Below are positions 52,816 to 61,700 of a DNA stretch of 64,000 nt, in pieces; positions within the stretch are counted from its first letter, which is position 1, and each line of letters begins with the position of its first letter. The notes beneath the pieces were generated by a model. That model was not told the origin of the DNA and searched no databases. It saw only the letters and a program-made list of their open reading frames with translations. The translations under genes were made by a program, and so were the position numbers. The stretch is from Planctomycetota bacterium. Its GTDB lineage: Bacteria; Planctomycetota; MHYJ01; JACPRB01. Where the stretch lies: contig DASVNH010000224.1 of the NCBI GenBank assembly GCA_036383955.1, positions 1,008-65,007 of the forward strand, read 5' to 3'.

Positions 52816-53274
52816 CTACTTGGCCAGCCAAGACAGCGGCAGAATCCCAGTTCGCAGCGCGTAGCGCACCAGCCCGGGGACATCCCGAATCCCGAGCTTA
52901 TTAATGATGAGGAGTCGGTGCGTGTCCACGGTCTTTCTCGAGAGATTGAGCATTCGGGCGATCTGAGCTCCTCGTGTTCCGAGGACAATTTCGCGAAGAA
53001 CCTCGACTTGGCGGCGGGAGAGCGCGGGGTTCTTAGGAGCTTGTTCGGCGGAATCGACCCGCGCGCGATCCGGTAGGGTGCCAATTGCCTCAACAGTAAC
53101 ACCACCCGCCAGCCTGGCTCGGCTCGCGATCAGCGAGAGGGCCTGGGCTTTGCTCAGGGGAGCAGTGACCAACAGCACCCGCGCTTTCGGCTCCGTCGAG
53201 TCGGATTCCCCGGAAAAGGAATGGCGCGCGACTAAGCGCGTCGTTCGGCCTCTCGGTTCTTCCCGCTTGCTCAC
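52816..53274 (-). CDS. LuxR/GerE-type HTH transcriptional regulator (short, non-canonical N-terminus)
   Basis: The C-terminal LSRRQVEVLREIVLGTRGAQIARMLNLSRKTVDTHRLLIINKLGI is a classical GerE HTH. The N-terminal roughly 80 aa are too short for a full receiver domain. Confidence 0.75.
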   Translation of the reverse strand: MSKREEPRGRTTRLVARHSFSGESDSTEPKARVLLVTAPLSKAQALSLIASRARLAGGVTVEAIGTLPDRARVDSAEQAPKNPALSRRQVEVLREIVLGTRGAQIARMLNLSRKTVDTHRLLIINKLGIRDVPGLVRYALRTGILPLSWLAK

Positions 53275-53599
53275 CGTGCGGAAGCGTATGGGACTTGGGA
53301 AGGTTGAGCAAGAGATTGTAGCTCGGAGATCAGCGGCGTCCTTCCAAACGGACCGTCAGTTCCTCGACAGAACGGGATACCTCAGTAAATCGACTCCTGC
53401 TTTGCGGGGCCATTGGTGGTCATTCCAGCGACGGCAAGGCGTCTATCGTGGGATTCACACCGCCCTGATGCCCAGGCCCATCGCCCCTGGTCAACGCGTA
53501 TTTGCGCAAATCCCAATTAGCGACTGTATCCACCTGAGCGCGCGAGTGACGCCCGGCTGCTCGCCTTTCGGGCTCGCCGATCTGAGCACCGCAGCGTTC

Positions 53600-53631
53600 G
53601 TGCAGTGCTCAGGCTGTTTAGTGCAGTGCTC
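53600..53631. repeat. two copies (21-nt period) of GTGCAGTGCTC, the reverse complement of tRNA-Phe positions 22-32
   Basis: 53600-53610 and 53621-53631. Each extends to TTC-GTGCAGTGCTC or TTTA-GTGCAGTGCTC, resembling the inverted anticodon-loop/stem junction where the island crossover lies. Confidence 0.6.
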
Positions 53632-53655
53632 CCCCTCGGGGCGTAACGGTTCTGG

Positions 53656-53675
53656 ATTAGGACAAAATAGGCCAA
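53656..53675 (+). repeat. ATTAGGACAA-AATAGGCCAA, counterpart of the left-end tandem motif
   Basis: Read directly. Same orientation as 27238-27257, 48 nt before the right direct repeat. Confidence 0.55.
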
Positions 53676-53722
53676 TGAGCCGAATGGAAGCTGCGAGCGA
53701 CCTGTTACGATCTCGGCTCCGC

Positions 53723-53820
53723 GCTGATTGACAAGCCCAAGTCCCTGGGCTAAAGTGCCCTACCCTCGATCCAGCCCCTCGGGGACAGGTAGCTCAGCTG
53801 GTAGAGCACTGCACTGAAAA
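53723..53820 (+). repeat. right direct repeat (promoter block + tRNA-Phe 5' half)
   Basis: See 27073-27168. The leader here is 14 nt (ATCCAGCCCCTCGG). Confidence 0.9.
53728..53756 (+). promoter_or_regulatory. sigma-70-type promoter TTGACA-17-TAAAGT of tRNA-Phe
   Basis: TTGACA at 53728-53733 and TAAAGT at 53751-53756, 26 nt upstream of the mature tRNA 5' end. Confidence 0.6.
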
Positions 53821-53858
53821 TGCAGGGGTCACCGGTTCAACTCCGGTCCTGTCCACCA
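53783..53858 (+). tRNA. tRNA-Phe (anticodon GAA), CCA encoded
   Basis: Hand fold: acceptor GGACAGG/CCTGTCC, D-stem GCTC/GAGC, anticodon stem CTGCA/TGCAG with loop CTGAAAA, T-stem ACCGG/CCGGT, discriminator A, then CCA. Confidence 0.95.
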
Positions 53859-53873
53859 CTTCGACCCGCGGCC

Positions 53874-54080
53874 TTACGGATCGGATCCCAAGGCCTTCGC
53901 GAGCAGGTACCCCAGGACGATGATGCCGGCCGTCCCGATCGTCCCCAGGCCGATCAAGCCAAGACTCAAAATCCCCCAGCTGATCTTGGTCGTGACGCAG
54001 TCGCAGAGCCCGTGACCCTGGCCGCACCTGGCGCATCCCACCGCCCGATTGTATCCCGATCCGCGCTTGGCTCCCCGCAT
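53874..54080 (-). CDS. possible small Cys-rich membrane protein
   Basis: 68 aa with CARCGQGHGLCDC followed by a Gly/Ile/Leu-rich TM segment. It overlaps the start region of the next ORF. Confidence 0.3.
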   Translation of the reverse strand: MRGAKRGSGYNRAVGCARCGQGHGLCDCVTTKISWGILSLGLIGLGTIGTAGIIVLGYLLAKALGSDP

Positions 54081-55356
54081 TGAGTGCCCGTCGTCGATCC
54101 CGCGCGCTATCCTTCACTTCGTGGGACGTCCGGCCAAGCGTCTGGCGCTGATTCTGCTCGCCGTCATCGCGGCCGCAGTATCGGCGACATGGCTCTGGGT
54201 CGGGGCGGTCGAGCGGCGACTGCGGGCGCGAGCCGACGACCGCGTCCGTGAGCTGGAAGCGGAGCTCCTGAAGCGGGATCCACGACGTCCCGCGCTTCGC
54301 GGCGACGCGCTTCCGGGCGACGCCTGGGAAGACTACGCGCCGGCCCTGTCCGCCGTCCATGCTTTGCCTCACGACCTCCAGCGAACCCTGGCGGACCGGT
54401 CCTATTCCAGGGACGGCAGTCCCGAGCAGGTCGCCGCGCTGGGCGCGATCCTGAAGGGATTGCGCCAAGGCTCACGCCGCGCGGAGGCTCGGATCTTCCT
54501 GGAGCACCATTCGACCATCGACAACAGCGTCCCGATGGGAACCCTCTACTCAACGGCCAACTACCTGGGAAACGCGGCCGCCATGGCGGGGGCTCGCCTC
54601 CTGGACGACGGTTTGGCGGAGGAAGGCGTCGACCTCCTCCTGTCCGCCGCGCAGTTCGGCCGTGACGTCGCGGCCCACCCCGACTTCATGGGATGGAGAC
54701 ACGGCATCGCCGTGGTGCACTTGGTTCTGGAGCAGGTGGACGCGCGTCTCCAGGTCGGCCGCGTCCCGGAAAGACAGGCCCGAGCGATCGGGGCCGCGTT
54801 GGCCATCCTCGACGACACCGCGAACTCCTACTCCGACGACGTCAGCCGGGATCTGCTGCACTGGGGTCGGCGAGCGTTGAGCGGGCTCCCCGGCGAAGAG
54901 CGGACCCGAGGCGGCCCCTCCCCCACCTGGAGGCAGGCCTATTCGCGTTCCATCATGGAGCTGACGGCCTTCTTGGACTTCGACCAGGCCGCGAAGAGCC
55001 GCGCCGCGCACCTCGCGCTTCCCCATCTCCAGGCCAATGAAGCGTGGAAAGACCTCCTCGAGGAGGTCGCCTCTCGCCGCAATCCAGCGGCCACGTTCAT
55101 GAATTCCGGCGTGTGCTCCCACCGGGTCATCCGCGAGAGCCTGGTGAGGCTGAGGCTCCTCCGCGTCGCGCTCCATTATGCGGCGACGGGCGAAATCCTC
55201 GACCTGGCGGACCCCATGGGCGAACGCTTGCGCACGTCGCTCCGGAAAGAAGAGCTCCTGATCTGGAGCGCCTGGAGGGACGGCGAAGACGACGGAGGCG
55301 CTGAACGCGGAGACAAGGACCGGGTCCTGCGCGTCCCTCGCTTCGGAAAACGCTGA
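54049..55356 (+). CDS. hypothetical protein (N-terminal anchor; start uncertain)
   Basis: A 435-aa ORF with TM LALILLAVIAAAVSATWLW, an alpha-helical composition and no family recognised. Confidence 0.55.
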   Translation: MYPDPRLAPRIECPSSIPRAILHFVGRPAKRLALILLAVIAAAVSATWLWVGAVERRLRARADDRVRELEAELLKRDPRRPALRGDALPGDAWEDYAPALSAVHALPHDLQRTLADRSYSRDGSPEQVAALGAILKGLRQGSRRAEARIFLEHHSTIDNSVPMGTLYSTANYLGNAAAMAGARLLDDGLAEEGVDLLLSAAQFGRDVAAHPDFMGWRHGIAVVHLVLEQVDARLQVGRVPERQARAIGAALAILDDTANSYSDDVSRDLLHWGRRALSGLPGEERTRGGPSPTWRQAYSRSIMELTAFLDFDQAAKSRAAHLALPHLQANEAWKDLLEEVASRRNPAATFMNSGVCSHRVIRESLVRLRLLRVALHYAATGEILDLADPMGERLRTSLRKEELLIWSAWRDGEDDGGAERGDKDRVLRVPRFGKR

Positions 55357-55405
55357 GCACCCCTGCCGCCCTCCACCCCGGCCGTTCGGTGCTATCCTTA
55401 ATTCC

Positions 55406-56860
55406 GTGAGCGCCGATCGGGTCCTCTTCTCGGACGACGAGACGCAGGTCGTGCGGGCCGACCGCGGCCGCGCCGCCATCCTCCGCTTCACCGGCGCCTG
55501 CTCCCCCGCCCTCTTCAAGTGGCTGCCCAGCGCCTTCGACGGCGTCCGCCACGTCGCCGCCGTCAGCCTCCGCGGGCTCTCCGGCATCGAGGCGCCCTTC
55601 GTCCGCAAGATCCTCGACCTCGCCGGCCGCAAGGTCCCGCTCGCCTTCGTCAAGCCGCCGGCGATCGTCGTCGACCTCCTGGGCACGCTCGCCGCCCGCG
55701 ACCGCGTCGCGCTGCTCAGCGCCGAGGCGGCCGTCGCCGAATCGGGCAGCCTCCCGGATTCGGTCGCGAACGAGCTCAAGGCCCTCGAGGAGCTGGCCTC
55801 GCGCTTCCGCGTCAACCCCCTCTGGCGCCGCGTCGACCAGGACGGCGTCTGGCTCTGCGCGTGCTGCGGGAAGGAAGTCGACGACGTCCGCGTGAAGGAC
55901 GTCCAGGCCCCGGACGAGCCGGCCCTCCGCAACATCCGCGGCCATCTCCTCCAGGATTGCCAGGCCTGGCGCGCCGGACGTCAGGCCCCCCTCCCCGCCT
56001 GCGTCCTCGACGCCTTCCTCGCCGAGATCAATCAGCGCAAGCGCGGCGAGAACGCCGAGCGCCGCCGCCTCGTCGCCGAGGAGCTCCACACCCTCCAGAC
56101 CCGCGTCGAGTCCATGCAGGAGCTGGAGCACAGCGTCGACCAGGCCAAGCGCCGCCAGCTCCACCTCATCCCCATCGATCCCCCGCCCGACGACGTGGCC
56201 GACATCGCCGTCCACTACCGGCCGCTGCAGTCCGTCAGCGGCGATTTCCTCGACTTCTACCATCTCGCCGACAATCGCTTCGGCGTCTCCGTCGGCGACG
56301 TCAGCGGCCACGGCATCGAGACCGCCATCGTCATGGGCATGGCCAAGATGGCCCTCCGCGTCCGCTCCCAGGCGCTCGGATCCGTGCACGACGTCGTCCG
56401 CTACGCCAACCGCGACCTCTTCTCGGAGCTCCGCAAGACCGCCTTCGTCACCGGCGTCTTCCTGTCGATCGACCGCGCCACCCGCCGCATGGCCTACGTG
56501 CGCGCGGGACATCCCAAGCCGATCCTCGTGCGCGCGAACGGGGTCGTCGAGGAGCTCGAGGGCAACGGTCTCCCCCTCGGCATCGACGGCGGCAAGCTCT
56601 TCGACGCGGCCCTCCAGGAGCGCGAGGTCCAGCTCGCCCCGGGCGATCTCGTGTTCGTGTATTCCGACGGCCTGCTCGAGGCCGCGGCGGGCGGAGAGCA
56701 GTTCGGCGTGGAGCGGATCCTCGCGGCGCTGCGGTCGATCCCGCCCGACCTGCCGGCCCAGGGCGCGCTGGCGGCGGTCGTCGCCTCGCTCGACCGCTTC
56801 CTCGCGGGCACGCTCCTGGGCGACGACCTCACGGCCGTCTGCCTGAGGATCAAAGGCTAG
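55406..56860 (+). CDS. PP2C-type serine phosphatase (SpoIIE/RsbU family) with N-terminal STAS-like and Cys-containing linker
   Basis: 484 aa. PP2C blocks SGDFLDFY, VSVGDVSGHGIETAIVMG, TGVFLSID, GHPKPIL, VFVYSDGLLEA and GDDLTAVCLRI. Confidence 0.85.
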   Translation: MSADRVLFSDDETQVVRADRGRAAILRFTGACSPALFKWLPSAFDGVRHVAAVSLRGLSGIEAPFVRKILDLAGRKVPLAFVKPPAIVVDLLGTLAARDRVALLSAEAAVAESGSLPDSVANELKALEELASRFRVNPLWRRVDQDGVWLCACCGKEVDDVRVKDVQAPDEPALRNIRGHLLQDCQAWRAGRQAPLPACVLDAFLAEINQRKRGENAERRRLVAEELHTLQTRVESMQELEHSVDQAKRRQLHLIPIDPPPDDVADIAVHYRPLQSVSGDFLDFYHLADNRFGVSVGDVSGHGIETAIVMGMAKMALRVRSQALGSVHDVVRYANRDLFSELRKTAFVTGVFLSIDRATRRMAYVRAGHPKPILVRANGVVEELEGNGLPLGIDGGKLFDAALQEREVQLAPGDLVFVYSDGLLEAAAGGEQFGVERILAALRSIPPDLPAQGALAAVVASLDRFLAGTLLGDDLTAVCLRIKG

Positions 56861-56961
56861 CAGCCGGCCTCGTCCACGCTGATCTCCTCTTTCTCTTCCT
56901 TCGCCCGGGTCTGTCCCTTCCGCTTCTTGGCGGGCGCTTTCCGCTTCTTCGTGCGGGCCAT
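56857..56961 (-). CDS. possible 34-aa Lys/Arg-rich peptide
   Basis: MARTKKRKAPAKKRKGQTRAKEEKEEISVDEAGC, with G+C-rich third positions, taken from the tail of a spurious long ORF. Speculative. Confidence 0.2.
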   Translation of the reverse strand: MARTKKRKAPAKKRKGQTRAKEEKEEISVDEAGC

Positions 56962-57053
56962 GTCCGGCCTCCTTTCCAGGAGGTCGATCCTGCCCGCGAC
57001 GGACCCGTGACGCGTAACGCCTTGGTCCTTGGTCTTTGGCGTTTGGCCCTTCC

Positions 57054-58091
57054 CTAGGCGAGCCGCTCCCCCAGGACGTCCTCCACGTAGAGCCGGCGCA
57101 CGAGGAGGACGGCGCAGGCCGTGAGGGGCGTCGCGAGGAAGAGCCCGAGGACGCCGAAGAAGAAGCCGGCGACGACCTGGGCGATGATCGTGAGGGCGGG
57201 CGGGAGATGGACGGCTTTCTGCTCGATGAGCGGGGTGACGATGTTGTTGTCGAGAGCCTCGACCAGCACGTAGAGGCCGACGACGAGGGCGACCTGGGTG
57301 CCGCCCTGGGTCATGGCGAGGAGGACCCCGGGCGCGGCGCCGAGGAGGGGTCCGAGATTGGGAATGAACGAGCAGAGGGCGGCGATCAGCCCCAGGCTGA
57401 GCGCGAGCGGCGCCTTCAGGATCCAGAGTCCCACGGTGACGGCCAGGCCGATGAACGCCATCCCGATCAGCCGCCCGAAGAGCCAGCGGCGCAGGCGGCC
57501 GCCCAGCTCGACGAGGATCTCCTTGACCCGGTCCCGGCGGTCCCGCGGCACGAGGCGCGTCAGGCCGTCGCGGTAGACCTCGGGGTTGATCGCGACGAAG
57601 ACCCCCACGAAGACGAAGATGGTGAAGCCGACGAGCACTCCGACCGCGCTCGACAGGATGCCCGCGGCCTGGCCCAGCATGGAGTCCCACTGAATCGGGG
57701 GGAAGCCGTTTCGCAGCAGCCGCCCGATCCACGTGTTCTTCACCTGGTCGCGGGCGTGCTCGATCGACTTCGGAATCTCCACCCGGACCTTCTCGATCTG
57801 ACCCTCCAGGCTCGGCGCCATCAGCCAGGCCGCCGCCCCGAGCGCGGCCAGCATGCCGAGGACGACGAGGACGACGGCCAGCCCGACCGGAATCTTCAGG
57901 GTCCGGTTCAACCACTCGGCCGGCGCGCGGAGGAAGATCGCGAAGAGGATGCCCGCGAACGTCAGGAGCAGGATGAAGGCGCCGAACCAGGCGCAGAGGG
58001 CCAGCGCGACGGCCAGCAGCACGGCCCACGTGGCGATGAACGCCCGCCGCGCGAGGGAGTCGGCCTGCCGGGGGGCCGCGTCCATCTCCAC
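57054..58091 (-). CDS. AI-2E family transporter (PerM/UPF0118)
   Basis: 345 aa with about 8 TM helices and a conserved C-terminal pattern (IPNLGPLLGAAP ... VVGLYVLVEALDNNIVTPLI). Confidence 0.85.
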   Translation of the reverse strand: MEMDAAPRQADSLARRAFIATWAVLLAVALALCAWFGAFILLLTFAGILFAIFLRAPAEWLNRTLKIPVGLAVVLVVLGMLAALGAAAWLMAPSLEGQIEKVRVEIPKSIEHARDQVKNTWIGRLLRNGFPPIQWDSMLGQAAGILSSAVGVLVGFTIFVFVGVFVAINPEVYRDGLTRLVPRDRRDRVKEILVELGGRLRRWLFGRLIGMAFIGLAVTVGLWILKAPLALSLGLIAALCSFIPNLGPLLGAAPGVLLAMTQGGTQVALVVGLYVLVEALDNNIVTPLIEQKAVHLPPALTIIAQVVAGFFFGVLGLFLATPLTACAVLLVRRLYVEDVLGERLA

Positions 58092-58094
58092 CGG

Positions 58095-58628
58095 TTATTC
58101 CTTCCGGAGCGCCCCGCACGCGATCCGGCCTCCCGCGTTGCCCGCCGGATCCGTCATGCCGTCGTCCGGCCCCGCGTGGATCATCAGGCAGGTGCCGAAG
58201 ACCGAGTTCGGCCCCGGCTCCAGCGAGAGGTACGGCGCGTGGAAGGAGCCCCGGGACGTCCCGTCGCCGGCCACCAGGATGTTGGGGAGATCGCCCGCGT
58301 GCGGGCCTTCCGGATTGAGCAGCCCGTGCTTGCGTCCCGTCGGATTGAAATGATCCCCCGAGCTCTTGAACTCGGGGCGGTCGCAGACGCCCTTCTCGTG
58401 CAGGTGCAGCGCGTGCGTGCCCGGCGGCAGCCCCCGCAGATCCAGCGTGACCCGCAGGCCCCGCCCGTCCGGGGCGAATCGCGCGGTCCCGACCGGCCGG
58501 CCCTGGGTGTCGACGAGCTCCGCCCGCGCCGCCGGGGCGGCCTTCGACATCCGCGGCCCCTCCCCGTTCCCCTCCCGTTCGCATCCGACCAGCGCGAGCG
58601 CGGACAGGATCGCGAAAGATCTCTTCAT
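58095..58628 (-). CDS. sodC: Cu,Zn superoxide dismutase (lipoprotein)
   Basis: Lipobox LALVGC, plus HALHLHEKGVC, GDHFNP, GPHAGDLPN and HAGPDD...GNAGGRIACG. Confidence 0.9.
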   Translation of the reverse strand: MKRSFAILSALALVGCEREGNGEGPRMSKAAPAARAELVDTQGRPVGTARFAPDGRGLRVTLDLRGLPPGTHALHLHEKGVCDRPEFKSSGDHFNPTGRKHGLLNPEGPHAGDLPNILVAGDGTSRGSFHAPYLSLEPGPNSVFGTCLMIHAGPDDGMTDPAGNAGGRIACGALRKE

Positions 58629-58669
58629 GGGAGGCGGATCCCCGCGCGCGAATCCCGTTACGCCCCCTC

Positions 58670-58797
58670 CCGGAACCGGAACCGGACCCGGACCCGGAAC
58701 CAGATCCGGAACTGGATCTGAACCTCGTTCCGTCCCCGTTCCGGTTCGCGTCCCCGCCCGGTTCCCGTTCCGGTTCCGGGTCCGGGTCCGGGTCCGG
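58670..58797. repeat. hexamer-periodic inverted-repeat element (CCGGAA/CCGGAC arrays vs GGTTCC/GGGTCC arrays)
   Basis: The left arm from 58670 (CCGGAACCGGAACCGGACCCGGACCCGGAACC) is complementary over at least 20 nt to the right arm ending 58797 (GGTTCCGGGTCCGGGTCCGGGTCCGG). An inner palindrome AGATCC-GGAACT-GGATCT lies at 58702-58719. It fills the gap between the large-protein stop and the sodC start. Confidence 0.85.
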
Positions 58798-61700
58798 TTA
58801 CCTCTTGGGCACCTCCGCCTCCCGCACCGTCGCCCCGTGCTCGTCGCTCATGACCAGCAGCGCGAAGCGGTCGACGCGGTCCAGGTCGTCCGTGCTCAGC
58901 GACGAGTAGTCGAAGCGGCCCCGCGGATCCGTGTAGCCGTCCTTGAAGAACGCGACCGTCCCGTCCTTGCTCCGCGCGTAGGCCTTCACGTAGGCCTTCG
59001 CGAGCGGCTTCTTGGTGTCGCGGCGCGACACCCGCAGCTGCCCGTAGTTCTCGACGAGCGCGACGTCCAGCTCGTGCGCGAAGCAGGGCTTCGACACCCT
59101 CCGCCCGTCCGCCACGACCTCCACGATCACGTTCGCGCCGTTGAACTCCGCCGGCAGCGCGAACGCGTGCGTCCCGCCTTTCTTCGGCAGCGTCACCTCG
59201 TCGCTCCGGTTCGGCATGATGAACCCGAAGCGGTCCGACTGCTCCTGCACGAACGGCTGCCGCGAGAAGAGCAGCTCGATGTCCATCCGGTAGTAGTTCA
59301 CCCGCGCGTCCGTCAGGTTCTGGAACGTGATCGTCACCTGCCGGTTCTCCACCGCCAGGTCGAACGACGGCGCCGTCGCCGCCAGCAGCCCCTGCCGCTG
59401 GTCCCGGTCCTCCGCGTCCGTCACCGCCGCGCCGTCCCCCTCGACCTCGTCCAGCTGCGCCAGCGCGTTCTGGAACAGCTTGCGCCAGCGGTCGACCGGG
59501 TAGTCCTTGTACTTCTCCGCGACGCCCCGCGCCGCCTTCGGCTTCTCCCGGAAGAACTCCGCGTAAACCTTGAGGTAGTCGTACTGGAGGCGGGTCTCGA
59601 CGTCCTCCCGCTTCACGCGGTCGAACATCGCCAGCCCCTCCTCGACGCGGTCCTGCAGGAAGAGGTAGTACGTCACCGCCAGCCGGTCGTCCGCGTCCAG
59701 CTCCGCTCGGTAGCGCAGCGCGGACACCAGCCGCTGGTACTGTCCCGAGAAGCGGTCGTTCAGGATGCGCCTCGACGCCCCCAGCCGGTGGGAGCGCGCG
59801 TTCACGAGCGGCGCGTACTCCAGGTGCTCGTACCAGCGGCGCTCGACCGGGTCGACGGCCAGCGTCGGCGCCTCCAGACGGGCCCCGGCCCCCTTCAACC
59901 ACTCTTCCTGATGGAGCAGATAGTCCCGCGCCCGCGCGGCGTCCTCGTGCCGCACGGAATAGGACCAGAGGACGTCGTGATAGACGTGCCGGGCCGCGAG
60001 GAGGTCGAGGGCGGGGCCGTAGAAGGCCTTGTCCTTCATCCGCCAGGCCGCCCGCTCCAGGTCGAGGCGGTCGATGTTGTTGTCCTTCAGGAACTTCAGC
60101 GTCGTCTTCGCGTCCGCGTGCTGCGAGACGTACTCCCAGGACGTCGTGTCCACCTTCGTGAGGCGGTCGACGACCTTCAGCGGCCACGGCACGGCCGAGG
60201 CGACGAGCTTCTCGTTGCGGGAGACGTGGACGGGATAGTGGTCGTAGACGCCGGCCACCGGGAAGTAGAACGCGTACTCGTGCGTCTCGGTGGCGTACGA
60301 AGACAGCTCGACGTGGATCCCTTTCGTGTAAAAGCCGTTCTTGGCGGGCAGCGCCCCCAGCGGGATCTGCAGGAGCAGGTCGAGCTTGTGCGTCGACGAC
60401 GTGGGATTCGTCAGCACGACCTGGCAGACGTAGACCGTGTGGACCAGGAACTCCTCGGTCACGTACTTGTCGAACGACTCCTCGCCCTCGTAGCGCTCGC
60501 GGTCGTCGTCGCGCAGGAAGTTCTGGCTGACGAGGACCGGCACCTTGTCGGCGGACGGCTCGGCGGGCCGGATCTGCCGGTGGAACACCGCCGTCAGGCT
60601 CTTCGCCGTGAACTTCATCCTGGCGCCGTCGTAGGAGGTCGCCGGCTTCTTCGCCTCGAACGGGAGGTCCAGCACCGCCAGGGCGCAGAGGATCTCGGTC
60701 AGGCTCCGGGACGCCTCGGCCAGATGCGGCGAGAGGAACGGCGTCGTGCCGTCGTGCCGCGCGTAGTCGCGCCAGAAGCGGTTGATCGTGACGAGCTCCG
60801 GCCCCTGCTGGTCGATCGGCAGCTTGTAATAGTTGTTCTCCGCCCACTCCTGCGTCTTGTCCAGCGCGCGGTAGAGCGCCTGGGCCGTCTTGCGGCGGTC
60901 GAGGTCCCGCGCCTGCGAGCGGCGCGCCCGGTTCTTCGGCGCTTCGTCCTTCTTCTTCTCCATGCGCGTGGCGCTGCGCTCGGCCTCCTCGTCGGCCTCC
61001 GAGAGCCTGTCCATCGCCATCTCGGCGGGAGCGGCGCAATCCGCCATGCTCATCACCGACCGCGGGCCCATCGACCCCGCCTTCGCGGCGGCCGCCGTCG
61101 CGGCGCCGAAGCCGAGCGCGTCCCCGATCTCCAGGGCCTTCCCCTTCAGCGCCGTGTCGAAGCGCGCGTTCTCGGCGTTCAGGTCGCGCGACAGGAGGTC
61201 GCAGAGATCCGCGGCATGCCGCTTCACCGGGTCGCGCTCCTCGTCGATCCGGCGGCCCAGCAGGATCCGCTCGACGACGTTCAGCCGCCCGAACTCCCAC
61301 GGCCGCCGGTAGCCCGCCAGGTCGTCGCCCAGCAGGCAGCGGTCCATGAACGTCTTGTCCTTCTTGTTCCGCAGGTACGGCTGGATCGCCGTCTTGAAGA
61401 ACGCGGGATCCTTCTTCGACAGGAAGAAATGCAGCTCGTGGCAGGCGAACTCCGAGTACTTGGCCTTCTTCTCGGCGTCGCTCAGCGACGGCCACCGCGT
61501 CACGAACTCGAACGCGTCCAGCGTCGCCAGGCCCGACAGCGTCTTGAACAGCGCGAAGGCCCGGCCCAGGGTGTCGTACGTCTCCAGCTTCGTCGTCGTC
61601 ACGTCGGCGATCTCGAGGGTGCCGCCGGCGTCGACGACCGCGACGTCCTTCTTCTCGCTGTAGTGCTTCGCGGGGTCCAGCCCCAGCAGCAGCCGCAGGT

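Larger units (their letters stand above)
27169..53722. mobile_element. putative integrated, degenerate genomic island in tRNA-Phe (G+C mosaic, no recognisable integrase)
   Basis: It is bounded by the tRNA-Phe-derived direct repeats. The left roughly 11 kb is about 52% G+C against about 72% in the flanks (single-line counts). It holds decayed genes with in-frame TGA, a polymorphic toxin and a secretion system. Confidence 0.5.

Noticed and set aside
27169-53722. Integrase, recombinase or transposase gene expected for a tRNA-associated island.
   Set aside because: I read all ORFs of 60 aa or more and hand-translated one strand of part of the 53275-53720 spacer (about 53400-53570). None shows the R..HxxR..Y tyrosine-recombinase pattern, serine-recombinase motifs or DDE motifs. 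Absence is reported, not a feature. A six-frame HMM search is still needed.
53078-53731. 217-aa plus-strand ORF across the LuxR gene start and the right-end spacer.
   Set aside because: It is antisense to the LuxR-type gene for its first third, and then runs through repeat- and hairpin-rich non-coding DNA into the tRNA promoter. No motifs.
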